Shown here piece by piece: positions 38,352 to 49,285 of a stretch of 64,000 bases of DNA. The notes under the pieces are model-generated. The model was not told the DNA's origin and ran no database searches. It saw nothing but the letters and a program-made list of their open reading frames with translations. The stretch comes from a virus, in IMG/VR virus record IMGVR_UViG_3300036770_001537, one strand, 5' to 3'. Within the stretch, counting starts at the first letter, position 1; each line of letters starts with the position of its first letter. The position numbers and the translations under genes are program-made.

Positions 38352-40742
38352 TTATGTTACATCTGATGATACATATGTGGAGTCTGAAGTAGTATCCGTG
38401 TCATCAGATGTGTATTCTTTATATGCAAATGTTACAGGAGCATATACTTGCCCACTTGTGTCATTAGAATATGTTATGTTTGATGTGAATGTTGCAGAAC
38501 CTTCTGATATTGATATTAATGGTTCGTATGTATAACTAATTCCAGGTTCTAAAATTTCAACACCAACAATAGATCCGTTTGTATTTATAGTATATCTAGC
38601 ATTAGCACCCTTTCCATCACCGGCAATTATTAAAAATCCGTTTGAACTATATCCTGAACCACCATCAAGTATTGTTATATTAGATAGTTTACTTTTCATT
38701 TTTACGGTAAAATAATTTAATCCGGCGTCTTCTACATAATATATTCCATTCTTCACGTTATCATATCCACCAGATATAAATTCTAGTGTCACATTCATCG
38801 TAGGTTCAATGTTATGAGACGACGAAAATACATTTATTGTATTTCCAGTCTTATTATAATTTGTTAATTGTGTTTTGTAATTTATAATATTTGTCGGCTC
38901 GCATCCACACACCATATTTGATGTTATATCATCAACTATTATGTATTGACCAAATAATTTTGTTCCTACAGGATGCGTTAAACCTTTTAAAACATTTCTA
39001 TATTTGGATATTGGTATTTTTGATCTTATTACATATGAGAATATTTGATAATAATCTCTATCTTCCAAGAAATTGTATGAACTTATGTGCCCATCATCAT
39101 TCAAATATCTTCCTGGATATGAATATACGCCTTCAACTATAGTTGCAACCGCATTCGCTGTCCCATCACCATATCCTGTGAGATCGAGTGTTGGTGGTGT
39201 TGAATATCCTATTCCTCTGTCCAGAATAACAATTCTTTCAATTGCACCAATCGTTGATGAAACTGTTAATAACTCTGCTCCCGAACCCAGAGTAGAAGTG
39301 ACAGTTATATTTGCGCCATTTCCTGTTCCAGAAACTACATTTACTTCGGGTAGATAATTAATATCAAAACCAGAGCCCCCTATTATATGACCAGAAACTT
39401 GTTCAAATTCAACTTCTGTTATAGTCCCGAAACCATCAACATTTTTAACATTTCCTGATGCACCGGTCCCGTATCCACCAATTACGTTTATAAATTCTAT
39501 TTTATCTCCAATTTGATAATTCAATCCGCCATCATTAATGTCCATTCTACCAAGAATGCCTAATGCTTGTATTGCGGTATTTGGAATGACATCTATATCT
39601 GGTGGTGATATATAGTTTGATCCTGAAGATGATATTAATATAGATACTATTGGGCCTGTATTTGAATATTGCCAGAAATCAAACGCATCCTCTAATGTAG
39701 TATTAATATCTGATGAATTTAAATTACTATATATTGTATTATTTAATGGTGTATTCTGTTCTAGTGATATCGTGTCGGATACAATGTTATATGAATTTGG
39801 ATGTATTGTGCCATTAGTTGATACAATATTTACATATCCATTAGTCCCCGATCCTCCACCACCCGAAGCTAGGATATAATCGCCCACTCTATATCCGGCT
39901 CCTCCATATAATACTCCAATAGATGCGACATTACCAGTGGATACTTGTGCTACAGTAGCACAAGCACCAGTTCCAGTATTGCTTACTATCAAGACATGAT
40001 CGCCAATTTTATAACCTGTTCCGCCAGATATTATAGTAATTGTATTTAAAATACCACTGTATATATTTGCAGATAATGTATTTAGTGATTGGACATCATT
40101 AAATACTGTGAAAATAGATTCTCCATTTTCAAATTGCCCATCTACATTAGAAATAATAAGTTCATCTATTCTAATTCCTCTTTCATAGAACCGATCTACC
40201 TTTTCAACAAGTGCTAATGTACCAGAAGTATTGCCTCTTATCTGTGTGCCAATAAACTTGTCTAGTGCAGATAATGATGTATTAGACGAACCGCCCAATT
40301 TTGTGTCTATAATTCTCACAGACTTTTGAATATACCACTTACCGTCCGATGCACGAAGAATGTCTTTTTTAGGATAATAGAAAGAAATGTCAGATGTATT
40401 ATATATTATGTTGAACAGAAATTTTACAGATTTTTCAGTGCCTTTTGCTCTATAGAAATCTTTAATATGTTTGACTAACAGCTTTTTATCTGCTACTATG
40501 TCATCTGGCAAAAGTATCATGAATGTTGAATATAGTTTTTCAGCAAACTCATCTTCAGTTAAATCAATATCTTGAAAATTCTGAATATTTTTTATTCTAT
40601 TTAACACTTTATCATTTTGTTCAAGATATTCGTAATATTTTTCTAAAAATAATACGAAATTTGCATGATCGTTTCTTACAAAAAATGGTAATTGTGAATT
40701 TATCAGATTAGATATTCTGTTATTTGAAATCGTGTTTGCCAT
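38352..40742 (-). CDS. gp7: Baseplate wedge initiator
   Basis: QLPFFVR...FLEKYYEYLE, FYRAKGTEKS, YYQIFSYVI, HPVGTKLFG; lies between gp6 and gp8. Confidence 0.8.
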   Translation of the reverse strand: MANTISNNRISNLINSQLPFFVRNDHANFVLFLEKYYEYLEQNDKVLNRIKNIQNFQDIDLTEDEFAEKLYSTFMILLPDDIVADKKLLVKHIKDFYRAKGTEKSVKFLFNIIYNTSDISFYYPKKDILRASDGKWYIQKSVRIIDTKLGGSSNTSLSALDKFIGTQIRGNTSGTLALVEKVDRFYERGIRIDELIISNVDGQFENGESIFTVFNDVQSLNTLSANIYSGILNTITIISGGTGYKIGDHVLIVSNTGTGACATVAQVSTGNVASIGVLYGGAGYRVGDYILASGGGGSGTNGYVNIVSTNGTIHPNSYNIVSDTISLEQNTPLNNTIYSNLNSSDINTTLEDAFDFWQYSNTGPIVSILISSSGSNYISPPDIDVIPNTAIQALGILGRMDINDGGLNYQIGDKIEFINVIGGYGTGASGNVKNVDGFGTITEVEFEQVSGHIIGGSGFDINYLPEVNVVSGTGNGANITVTSTLGSGAELLTVSSTIGAIERIVILDRGIGYSTPPTLDLTGYGDGTANAVATIVEGVYSYPGRYLNDDGHISSYNFLEDRDYYQIFSYVIRSKIPISKYRNVLKGLTHPVGTKLFGQYIIVDDITSNMVCGCEPTNIINYKTQLTNYNKTGNTINVFSSSHNIEPTMNVTLEFISGGYDNVKNGIYYVEDAGLNYFTVKMKSKLSNITILDGGSGYSSNGFLIIAGDGKGANARYTINTNGSIVGVEILEPGISYTYEPLISISEGSATFTSNITYSNDTSGQVYAPVTFAYKEYTSDDTDTTSDSTYVSSDVT

Positions 40743-42820
40743 TATTCTGCAATCATCCTAATCTGAACACTTCTGGCGTCCGAATCATCTATTGATACGA
40801 TTCTATTTCTAAGAGGATATATATGAGTACCTTTCAATTCTGCCGATAATGTTAAATAATTATCATCATAGAAAGAATTGTTTTCGACTGATATTATTCT
40901 AATAGCATCAATATAAACTTTTCCAATATTATGTTCAATATAACCAGCGTTGTTATTGAGAATTACCTTTTCCCCATTTTCTTTGTAATAATATGATCTT
41001 AAAACCATCTTATTGTTTTGTAGTTTTATATTTGCTGAAGCACCAGAACCGTCTCCACCACTTAATGCAATTGTAGCATAATTATAATTTTTTCCAGGAT
41101 TATCAATAATAATAGCAACAACTCTACCTGATAATATCTTTGCTGTTGCCGATGCACCAGAACCGTCTCCGCTTATTGTAACAGTCGGTGCTATACTGTA
41201 GTTTTGCCCTGCTGAAACCACTTCTATATAATCTATTCCGGTTGATATTTCTGGTGATTGTTCAAAATATATATCTCTCTCAACAAAAGCAGAATCATAT
41301 GTTTTTATCGATGGATATGATGACAACATATCTCCAATCTCATTAGAATGCTCAAGTCTAACACCAAAATTTATATTATATGTTTTTGTGTTTACTGTAT
41401 CTATCAATATTCTTTTCTGTGCAAATACTTCAATATCACATCCAGTTATAGATTTTTCACAATTCTCTATATAATTCTCTAATTTAGTTTTTCTAAATAT
41501 TGATGAAAAATTAGACAATTCGTTTGTAGCATAATCTGATATCGCCGCTTTAACCAATTGTAATATTTCACCTTCAGTTCTAGTTGTTAATTTTGAATTA
41601 TATGTAACATCTCCTTTAACCAGAAGATAAAGATATTCTGGATCGAGTATTTCTGGTGTTACAGTCAAGACATTTCTTTTCTGTATAAGTTCTTCTTTAA
41701 TTTTTTCTTTTTCAAGATTAGTTAAGAAGTAGTTACCTTTGGGTTTCAATGAAATGAATACTTTACCATATATGACAGGATCATTATCTTCACCGCCCCA
41801 AACTGCAACAGAATCTATATTATTATAATCTTTGGTGATCAAAGTCTCATAATCATTTTGAGTTACTGCACGATTTTGTGTGGAGTAAAAATATGGGGCT
41901 CTATACCTGATTTGTTCAATAGATTCCTTTTCAATGCCTCCATATGAAGATGCTGTTGATTGAATGCTTACATTATTTCTATATCCTGCAACATTTGATG
42001 TTGGCACAAATCTGCTAATATTATTAGCAATTTCTCCGACATTATCTAGATATGTTAATATAACAACACTACCATCTTTGGGCTTTTTTCCGATTACATC
42101 ATCTCCAAAATATACAGTATATGTTGAACTTTCATTTTCCTCTATGAAATAAACAAAAGAGTTTCCAGTCAATTCTGTTATATCTTCTGCTTGCGTATAC
42201 GTTATGGTATCAGTATTGGTCGTAGATTCTTGGACATTAACTAGAATACTCTCTATGTCAACATTAGATGATGGAATTTCAAACCTTCTTGATTCATTCA
42301 TAGAATCCATTAGATATTGTATAGTTATAACCTCACCCTGTTTAATATTGACATTTGCAAAACTAAATGACCCACCTTCTTTATACGCGGTGTTAGAATA
42401 TAAAGCAACGAATGGGTAATTAATTCCGTTTATATCTGTTCCTAGAAATCTTGTATATTTCTCAATTGTGGCAGATGTTGCATCAGTATCTTCTACACCA
42501 GAAACGGGTGTTATTGTGATATTCAGTTTACTCAATGCTCCTTGCTTACTGCCTGGAACATAATTCATGAGTTTAGCGTGTGATAAAATTGAATTTCTTA
42601 ATTGTGCCGAATCAAGGAACATTTCGTTCCCTACCATATTAAGATAGTATGCCATATAATGTGTGTTATACGCAAGAATATCAAGCAACACAGACATACC
42701 AGAACCCTCAAAATCAAAATCTTGAAATTCTGATTGACTTCTTAGATATGTTTTTAAGTTTTCTTTGATAGAATCAAAATCAATTTCCGTAACTCTTAGT
42801 GCAGCTTTTTCTGTAGCCAT
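40742..42820 (-). CDS. gp6: Baseplate wedge subunit
   Basis: DFDSIKENL, DFEGSGMSVLLDILAYNTHY, QNRAVTQNDY, VWGGEDNDP..YGKVFIS. Confidence 0.95.
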   Translation of the reverse strand: MATEKAALRVTEIDFDSIKENLKTYLRSQSEFQDFDFEGSGMSVLLDILAYNTHYMAYYLNMVGNEMFLDSAQLRNSILSHAKLMNYVPGSKQGALSKLNITITPVSGVEDTDATSATIEKYTRFLGTDINGINYPFVALYSNTAYKEGGSFSFANVNIKQGEVITIQYLMDSMNESRRFEIPSSNVDIESILVNVQESTTNTDTITYTQAEDITELTGNSFVYFIEENESSTYTVYFGDDVIGKKPKDGSVVILTYLDNVGEIANNISRFVPTSNVAGYRNNVSIQSTASSYGGIEKESIEQIRYRAPYFYSTQNRAVTQNDYETLITKDYNNIDSVAVWGGEDNDPVIYGKVFISLKPKGNYFLTNLEKEKIKEELIQKRNVLTVTPEILDPEYLYLLVKGDVTYNSKLTTRTEGEILQLVKAAISDYATNELSNFSSIFRKTKLENYIENCEKSITGCDIEVFAQKRILIDTVNTKTYNINFGVRLEHSNEIGDMLSSYPSIKTYDSAFVERDIYFEQSPEISTGIDYIEVVSAGQNYSIAPTVTISGDGSGASATAKILSGRVVAIIIDNPGKNYNYATIALSGGDGSGASANIKLQNNKMVLRSYYYKENGEKVILNNNAGYIEHNIGKVYIDAIRIISVENNSFYDDNYLTLSAELKGTHIYPLRNRIVSIDDSDARSVQIRMIAE

Positions 42821-43243
42821 TTATCTCAATCTTTCTAGGAATAGATTTATTGTTGCAGGTTCCCCACGATTTACAATTATGAAAGTTATTCTTACGTTAT
42901 ATCCATTTAAATCAGGATCGACCGATACTTCAATTCCACTATCATTCATTTCAGTATCTGGAAGTCTTACTCTTGGCTCAAAGTTTGTAATAACTTCGGC
43001 AATAGCATCTTTTAGAAATGTCGCAGTAAATATATTTATATTATCAAAAAGAATCTTCTGGGCGTTAGAGCCTATATAAGACCTGAATGGACGATCATAA
43101 AAATTGGTTAGTATTAGATTTCTAACAGATCGTTTGATCGCATCAACGCCAGTTTTCTTTACTACATCGCCCGTTGTAGGGTGTGCAATAAAGTCTAGGT
43201 CCAAGTCTGAATAGTCTGGTCTTCTTACTATGTTTTGTGCCAT
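42821..43243 (-). CDS. gp25: Baseplate wedge/sheath initiator
   Basis: YSDLDL.F..HP, AIKRSVRNLILT, NFEPRV, LERLR. Confidence 0.93.
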   Translation of the reverse strand: MAQNIVRRPDYSDLDLDFIAHPTTGDVVKKTGVDAIKRSVRNLILTNFYDRPFRSYIGSNAQKILFDNINIFTATFLKDAIAEVITNFEPRVRLPDTEMNDSGIEVSVDPDLNGYNVRITFIIVNRGEPATINLFLERLR

Positions 43244-43247
43244 ATAT

Positions 43248-43255
43248 TATTTATA
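43248..43255 (-). promoter_or_regulatory. T4-type late promoter TATAAATA directly before gp25
   Basis: Exact match only 4 nt before the ATG (possibly a leaderless transcript). Confidence 0.6.
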
Positions 43256-44078
43256 GAACTCCCCTAGTGCCTAAATCTGTTGGATATAATGGGTTTGGTT
43301 TTTCTGCTATTTCTTTTGGTGATCTAATAGGTGCTGCTTTTTGATCTTGTGGTTTCACACCCGGACCCGAATTGATATAAACTTTTCCACCACCAGCATC
43401 TATGCGAATATCTCCACCCTCTGTTGATATAGATATTGTTGATTTTGCTCCAATTGCTACATCCGATTGCTCTGCTTTTATTCCAACTTGTGCACCACCA
43501 ATAGATGCTAAACCTCCAGATGGACTTTTTGCTTGAAGGGTCGCATTTGCTCCTTGAATGTTGATAGGCCCTTCTGATGAAGTCATATCTACAGGAGAAC
43601 CACCTGCACCAAATATTTGAAATCCTTCTCCAGAAATTATATTTGTCTTTCCTGCAACCATACTGTTTTTATTTGATCCAACAACTTCATTATATGAATC
43701 ATGAGTTGATGTGTTCATTTGTTTTGCTGTAACATCAAAATTGCCTTCCGCCCTGAATGTAGCATCTACTTCAGAACGAATATCAAATGTTCCAGATGTA
43801 TTAATTCTATACTCACCTCTAATATCGTTATAGAATCCATTAAACACAGTCATCTTGGCCGATCCGTCTGGATTATAAATCCAACCTGTGCCACTTCTAT
43901 GTTGCATGGAAATATATTCATGGTCTTTAACATCATTCATAATAAAAGTATGACCAGACCTAGTGATCATCATATCCTGAAAACCATACTTATTGGCATT
44001 AGGATTTTGCCTTGGATCACCGGGCTCTTTATATTGCGATGTTTTTCTTGGCTCGTTTTCATTTATTTTAGTTGGCAT
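43251..44078 (-). CDS. gp5-like central spike, C-terminal beta-helix part
   Basis: TRSGHTF..ND...EYISMQHRSGT...PDGS motif, then beta-strand repeats ending VYIN. Confidence 0.7.
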   Translation of the reverse strand: MPTKINENEPRKTSQYKEPGDPRQNPNANKYGFQDMMITRSGHTFIMNDVKDHEYISMQHRSGTGWIYNPDGSAKMTVFNGFYNDIRGEYRINTSGTFDIRSEVDATFRAEGNFDVTAKQMNTSTHDSYNEVVGSNKNSMVAGKTNIISGEGFQIFGAGGSPVDMTSSEGPINIQGANATLQAKSPSGGLASIGGAQVGIKAEQSDVAIGAKSTISISTEGGDIRIDAGGGKVYINSGPGVKPQDQKAAPIRSPKEIAEKPNPLYPTDLGTRGVL

Positions 44079-44092
44079 AATTCATAACTCCT

Positions 44093-45352
44093 TTAAGCAC
44101 CGGCAAAATTGGAAGAAGTCCATAAAACAGAGGATAATGGTTGCTTTGAATCTCTGTTGTTATCGGCATGTTGACTATTAGTTTTTCTTGTTGGACTCAT
44201 TCCTGCTCTATTTGCGGCTTCTCTCAATGCGGCTTGGGCCTGTGGTGCAACTCTATTAATCATATCGAATATCTGTGAAGAATCTTTACCAAAAATGTTA
44301 TCCCCAACACCAGCGGGGAATGATGCAGCAGATGTCATAGAATTTAGCATAGAATTTTTAGATGTTGCAACGGTATTACTTACGTTTTCAGTCACATTTC
44401 CTGTCGCTGTTATTATTTGTTGAATGTTTCCAAATGCAGTTTCAATTTCTATCACAATATTATCTAATTTATCCAGTCCATATAAACTTTCATCTGAAAT
44501 TAGTCTGTTGAATGCAGCCATAATATCTGCGACCGATGTTACTTGCGATAATAGTGCAACAGCATTTTCAATGAAGACTTCCTCATTCACTCTCCTGTCA
44601 GAAAGATATGATATAGTATCCTGTTCCTCTTTCAAATCATCAATTAATGCTAATAATATTGCCCAAATTTCAGGTGGAATAGAATCCTGAATTTTTTTCT
44701 TATTTTCATCACTTAAGTTTTTGAGAGATTTACCAAGATTTAAATTCGATCCTGGTAGAGAACCAAATGATGATGGATTTAATATACCGGCGAATTGTGC
44801 CAGTGCAGTTGGAATTTGGCCTATAGATGGTAATTTTCTTCCAGCGGTTTCTGCATATTCACCATTTGTAATTTTATTTCGTCTGTTTGAATGTTTATAT
44901 ACTTTACCTTCATCATTTTGCTGAGTCTTTAATCCTCTAGCATCAACATATCCTTTAACTTCACTGATAATTTTTGACGGCCAATTTATTGCAGTCTCTC
45001 CTGGGGGGAACCACGACCATCCAGATAAATTTCCTGGCATACCTTCTTTGTCGTGAAGAATATCTGTCATTGGACCTAATATGATACAATCATTTCTACC
45101 TGTAGTTTTCAATGCAAGCACCAACTGCCCATTATCAAAAGGTCTCATATTCTGGCCGTGTTTTGTGCCAACAGAGGTGCTTAATGCAATATGTTGTGGA
45201 TCAACGCCTTGCCCATGTTCTGGAAATGCTATCTGCATATTTCCAGATTGAGTTGGGTCTTGTATTCCTGTAGGACTGTCTTCTGTTCCATTGCCAACAA
45301 CACGACCAATACTGAAAACTTGTGTAAAATCTTTTGGGCCACCTAACGACAT
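44093..45352 (-). CDS. Baseplate hub protein with gp5-like N-terminal OB fold
   Basis: Start likely MSLGG at 45352 (TAATG coupling); IGRVV...DPTQSGNMQI...PFDNGQLV...IILG pattern. Confidence 0.5.
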   Translation of the reverse strand: MSLGGPKDFTQVFSIGRVVGNGTEDSPTGIQDPTQSGNMQIAFPEHGQGVDPQHIALSTSVGTKHGQNMRPFDNGQLVLALKTTGRNDCIILGPMTDILHDKEGMPGNLSGWSWFPPGETAINWPSKIISEVKGYVDARGLKTQQNDEGKVYKHSNRRNKITNGEYAETAGRKLPSIGQIPTALAQFAGILNPSSFGSLPGSNLNLGKSLKNLSDENKKKIQDSIPPEIWAILLALIDDLKEEQDTISYLSDRRVNEEVFIENAVALLSQVTSVADIMAAFNRLISDESLYGLDKLDNIVIEIETAFGNIQQIITATGNVTENVSNTVATSKNSMLNSMTSAASFPAGVGDNIFGKDSSQIFDMINRVAPQAQAALREAANRAGMSPTRKTNSQHADNNRDSKQPLSSVLWTSSNFAGA

Positions 45353-46602
45353 TAAACCACTCCTTCTCCAATACTTCTGCTTACACAATCGACTGTAGTT
45401 GTGCCATATCCACCATATTTAATATTATGTGTCATGCTAACAATTAAATAATCCCCTGTTCCATAATTTGGAATAAGATTGCCGTTGTCTGCTGCCATCT
45501 TATTCCATAGTTCTAATCTAATCATTTTTCCTGCGTGTAAATCCGGATTCCAAGGTACAGTCATTCTCAATGCTATTCTATTTTGATCAATAAGAGACAT
45601 TCTTGCTTGTCTTAGTTGTGCATATTTAGCGGACTGGTCCTCACATGCATTTTGTTGTGATGCGGAACCCACATTAGACAATACAGATTTTAGAACACCT
45701 GCACCAGCACCACATCCTATAGTTTGATTGCCCAACAGGCTTATCATACCTTTTAATGGGTTGAGTGCTATGACCGATATATTTTGATTCACTCCATTCA
45801 ACAAATCTGTAAGAAGATCGAAGTCACATGGAAATGAATGTGTCGTAATGCCAAATGGATATGCATAGCCTGCTGATGATCCGGTTTCTTGAAAATTGAA
45901 GGCTTTACCGCCAAATAGATTTGATTGTGATGTTAAATATTTTAGAGACCTGAAATGATGAGTCCCATCACCATCATCAATCTTATATGTCATATAATGG
46001 ACGAATGAAGGATCATTCCCATCTAATGCAGCATTTGCTTGTTGAGTGACAACCTGAAATGGATGAATATTTTCTGCAATATAATCTCTTGCTGGCATAG
46101 AACTTTGAACATCAAGATTTTTAGCACCAGCACATGAACTTAACACTTCACTGACTACACTGGATGGTGTAGTACATTTCCAAGATTTACTCACAAGTGT
46201 TGCTGCATCATCTAATAGTGTTTGATGACAAGCATGGATTGTGAAGTCTTCTGTATTATTATTATAGAGATGTCTTCTATCCAACCTATATACTGGTTGG
46301 CTTATTACCATTCTATGAGATATTCCAAAATCTTTTAGAGATTCTTTTTCTAATTCAATTAAAATTGCTGCACCTTTTAGGGCATCCAGATTCTTAGGAC
46401 TTTTACTTCTTACTCCTAGATGGTGTAATGCACTATGAAATCTTACTGCTGTTTGTAATCCTGGTGTTAACAAACTTTCACCCAAAATTATTTCCATAGG
46501 TGTCAATTGTTCCATCACTGTAGTTAAATCACCAGAGCCCGTAAATCCTATGTTTATAGAAACTAAAGACTTATCATTATAATTCAGGTCTTTGTCGGCC
46601 AT
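45352..46602 (-). CDS. Baseplate hub protein (gp27-like)
   Basis: ESLLTP, HHFRSL, VPWNPDLHAGKMIRL, GDYLIVSMTH; lies between gp53 and gp5. Confidence 0.65.
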   Translation of the reverse strand: MADKDLNYNDKSLVSINIGFTGSGDLTTVMEQLTPMEIILGESLLTPGLQTAVRFHSALHHLGVRSKSPKNLDALKGAAILIELEKESLKDFGISHRMVISQPVYRLDRRHLYNNNTEDFTIHACHQTLLDDAATLVSKSWKCTTPSSVVSEVLSSCAGAKNLDVQSSMPARDYIAENIHPFQVVTQQANAALDGNDPSFVHYMTYKIDDGDGTHHFRSLKYLTSQSNLFGGKAFNFQETGSSAGYAYPFGITTHSFPCDFDLLTDLLNGVNQNISVIALNPLKGMISLLGNQTIGCGAGAGVLKSVLSNVGSASQQNACEDQSAKYAQLRQARMSLIDQNRIALRMTVPWNPDLHAGKMIRLELWNKMAADNGNLIPNYGTGDYLIVSMTHNIKYGGYGTTTVDCVSRSIGEGVV

Positions 46603-47303
46603 TATCTAAATCCTCTAATATAAGGAATATTTCTGGTATTTTGTGTCAAATTATCCAGTTCTCTCACTATCTGCTGATAATATTCGGGTTTGATAATTTT
46701 GATGCTTCTTTTAGCCTCATTTAATTCTGCTTCATAATCGTAATTTGTTATTCTATCTCGATATGTAACCTCAATAACAGTCCCTGTTCCAATTTCAATA
46801 TTATTTGTTGCATCAACATCTTGAACATCTGCTAAATTTCCATAATGATCGTATGGAACTGATATAGACATCTCCGATGCAACATTAGATGAATTTACAA
46901 CATATCTAAATTCCGATATGACACCACTTTTCGATTCTTCTCGTTTTATAACCTTTTCATAATGATGGTAGGTAGTTTTAGCATTTTCAACCGATCCATA
47001 TTTGTTGATTATATATTTTTGAAAAGCGTTATATCCTAAAGGCCAATCGTATTGAGGATCGACTATATCATTAGCCATCAATATGACCCAATGTGCTTCA
47101 GAATTTCCATATACCTTCTCGGCAAGAATTTCTGGTGTATCTCCTTCCATGATAAGATGTTCATAGTATGAAGAAATGTTATTCAATACTTCTCTTAGAA
47201 CTCTAACTCTAAAGAAAATATTGGTTACTGTTTGATAGTTTGTTAATCTTTTACCTTGAATGTTATATGGTATTCTAGGAAAAGTATCAAAAAAATTGCT
47301 CAT
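46602..47303 (-). CDS. gp53: Baseplate wedge protein (LysM-like)
   Basis: FFDTFP, GDTPEILAEKVYG..HWVILMAN, YEAELNEAKRSIKIIKP; start likely MSNFF. Confidence 0.9.
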   Translation of the reverse strand: MSNFFDTFPRIPYNIQGKRLTNYQTVTNIFFRVRVLREVLNNISSYYEHLIMEGDTPEILAEKVYGNSEAHWVILMANDIVDPQYDWPLGYNAFQKYIINKYGSVENAKTTYHHYEKVIKREESKSGVISEFRYVVNSSNVASEMSISVPYDHYGNLADVQDVDATNNIEIGTGTVIEVTYRDRITNYDYEAELNEAKRSIKIIKPEYYQQIVRELDNLTQNTRNIPYIRGFR

Positions 47304-47304
47304 A

Positions 47305-48291
47305 TTAGAACCCTTGTAGAACTCTTTGTTTATGAATTGGCTCAAGTTCACGGAATCCCATACTCAATCTTACAGCAACTGGATGACCGTTTCTAAATGT
47401 TGAATATGTACCCGTTGGTGCATAGTCTACTTCAATTCTTTCAAGTACACAGGTATTAACTCTTAAGATGTTCATATTCTCAACACCCTTATTAAAGAAT
47501 GTTATATCAAATTCTGCTGGTGGAATCCAAGTCAAACCTGCCGTAATATCACTATATTCTGGTGCTGCGTGAAATCTTAATGTTTTTACTATTGCTTTTA
47601 GGTTAATAGACTCTTGCTCATTTCTTGGAGCCATAAGAACTTCAAATGTAAATGCTCTTACAGTAGTGTTGGAGAATAGAATTTCTACCATAGGATTGAT
47701 GGGTGCTTGTGCTAATTGCGATACTACACCCAAAGCCTGTTGACCAGGACCACTTATAGCCGTTGCGGCTGCTCTTAATGCAGTTCCAATCACACCACCA
47801 AAAACTTTACCGGCAGTTGCTAGATAAGGAGATACTGCAACACCAAGTTTTCCTCCAAGTGCAGTCAATGATATTTCTTCATATACGTTTTGCGTATGAT
47901 AGATCAGTGGAGATGGCATATGTAAAGCAATGGATTCGGCGATTCTTCTTGTTGCTCTTGGAATAGAAATTCCGGGCCTGCTACCATCACCAGAACCAGT
48001 AGCAAAAATTTCATTACTCGGCCCGCCTGGACCATATCTAAGAATATCGACCTTTGATCTTTCGTTTGCACCTAGTACGGAAAATTGGTTTGTATATCTC
48101 CCTGCTGCTGCACGACTTCCAAATCTAGTTGGAACATTGATATTGATAATCATATAATGCCCAAGATCACTCATTCCAAGATCATTTGGAAATACTAAAT
48201 ACTTAAAATCATATCTAGACTGTGCTAAGTCTGGAGTATAGTTATCTGATATCTGGGAGTTATTTTGCGTTGATGGTATATTTACTGCCAT
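47305..48291 (-). CDS. gp48: Baseplate tail tube cap
   Basis: IALHMP, INPMVEILF...RAFTF...APRNEQES, CVLERIEVDYAP, FRELE. Confidence 0.85.
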   Translation of the reverse strand: MAVNIPSTQNNSQISDNYTPDLAQSRYDFKYLVFPNDLGMSDLGHYMIININVPTRFGSRAAAGRYTNQFSVLGANERSKVDILRYGPGGPSNEIFATGSGDGSRPGISIPRATRRIAESIALHMPSPLIYHTQNVYEEISLTALGGKLGVAVSPYLATAGKVFGGVIGTALRAAATAISGPGQQALGVVSQLAQAPINPMVEILFSNTTVRAFTFEVLMAPRNEQESINLKAIVKTLRFHAAPEYSDITAGLTWIPPAEFDITFFNKGVENMNILRVNTCVLERIEVDYAPTGTYSTFRNGHPVAVRLSMGFRELEPIHKQRVLQGF

Positions 48292-48317
48292 TTAATCCTC
48301 TTACTATAGGGCAAATA

Positions 48318-48325
48318 TATTTATA
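48318..48325 (-). promoter_or_regulatory. Late promoter TATAAATA for the gp48-gp53-gp5 operon
   Basis: Exact match in the 33-bp divergent gap, overlapping the gp4 ATG. Confidence 0.7.
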
Positions 48326-48765
48326 TGACAGCATACAAAGGAAAATTCAATCCCAAGAATCCGAGTAAATATAAAGGTGATGTTGATAATATCATATGGA
48401 GAAGCACTTGGGAATTGAGAGTTATGAAAGAATTGGATGAAAACCCTAATGTGTTGGAATGGTCATCTGAAGAAGTTATCATTCCTTATGTGTCACCAGA
48501 AGACGGAAGATATCATAGATATTTTCCAGATTTTCTTGTCAAGGTCAGAACAAGAAATGGTGAAATTGAAACGCAATTGTTGGAAGTGAAACCATATCAC
48601 CAGACACAAGAGCCTAAAGTGCAGAAAAGAAAGACCAAGAAATATATTACAGAAGTTGTAACTTGGGGTAAGAATAAAGAGAAATGGAAGGCTGCTAGAG
48701 AATATTGTGCTGATAGAGGCTGGAAATTTAAACTTATCACAGAAAAAGAGTTGGGAATAAAATAA
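48325..48765 (+). CDS. gp4: Head completion nuclease
   Basis: KNPSKYKGD..NI.WRSTWE, WSSEE..IPY, HRYFPDF, EVKP, KW.AA..YC...GWKF..ITE. Confidence 0.93.
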   Translation: MTAYKGKFNPKNPSKYKGDVDNIIWRSTWELRVMKELDENPNVLEWSSEEVIIPYVSPEDGRYHRYFPDFLVKVRTRNGEIETQLLEVKPYHQTQEPKVQKRKTKKYITEVVTWGKNKEKWKAAREYCADRGWKFKLITEKELGIK

Positions 48766-48772
48766 ATAAAAG

Positions 48773-49273
48773 ATGGCAAAATATAAACCAAAAGAAATCA
48801 AAGACTGGTTCATAGGTAAGGCAAGAACTGCCGCTGGATATAGAAAAAAGATTATTGGCAATTCCATGAGAAGCCGTAGCGATCCAGCTATCGGCAAAAT
48901 GTTTTTCTTCTATTATGATCCAAAACATAAAGAAACACTACCTATGTATGATAAATTCCCTATGGTGTTTCCTATTCAAGAATATAATGATGGTTTTCTG
49001 GGACTGAATCTACATTATCTTTCTGTAGATGAGAGGCGTGCTATCATAGGTAAATTGTCTGAGTTTGCTAACAATAAAAGATTTGACGCAACAACCAGAC
49101 TAAGATTGTCGTATGATCTATTACAGAGTTCCAAGAGATTATCAACTCTTGCAAGGCCATGTATTAAGAGATATTTATTCAGTCATGTTAGAAGTATGTT
49201 TATTGAAATAACTGCTGATGAATGGGATAAGGTCATAGAATTGCCAGTAGAAATGTTTGTATATAACCGATAA
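48773..49273 (+). CDS. gp2: DNA end protector protein
   Basis: GKMFFFYYDPKHKETLPMYDKFP, FLGLNLHYL, CIKRYL. Confidence 0.92.
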   Translation: MAKYKPKEIKDWFIGKARTAAGYRKKIIGNSMRSRSDPAIGKMFFFYYDPKHKETLPMYDKFPMVFPIQEYNDGFLGLNLHYLSVDERRAIIGKLSEFANNKRFDATTRLRLSYDLLQSSKRLSTLARPCIKRYLFSHVRSMFIEITADEWDKVIELPVEMFVYNR

Positions 49274-49285
49274 GGAGTTAATCAG

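Noticed and set aside
32791-38589. TATAAATA matches inside baseplate genes
   Set aside because: Expected by chance in AT-rich coding DNA and mostly not positioned before a start codon.
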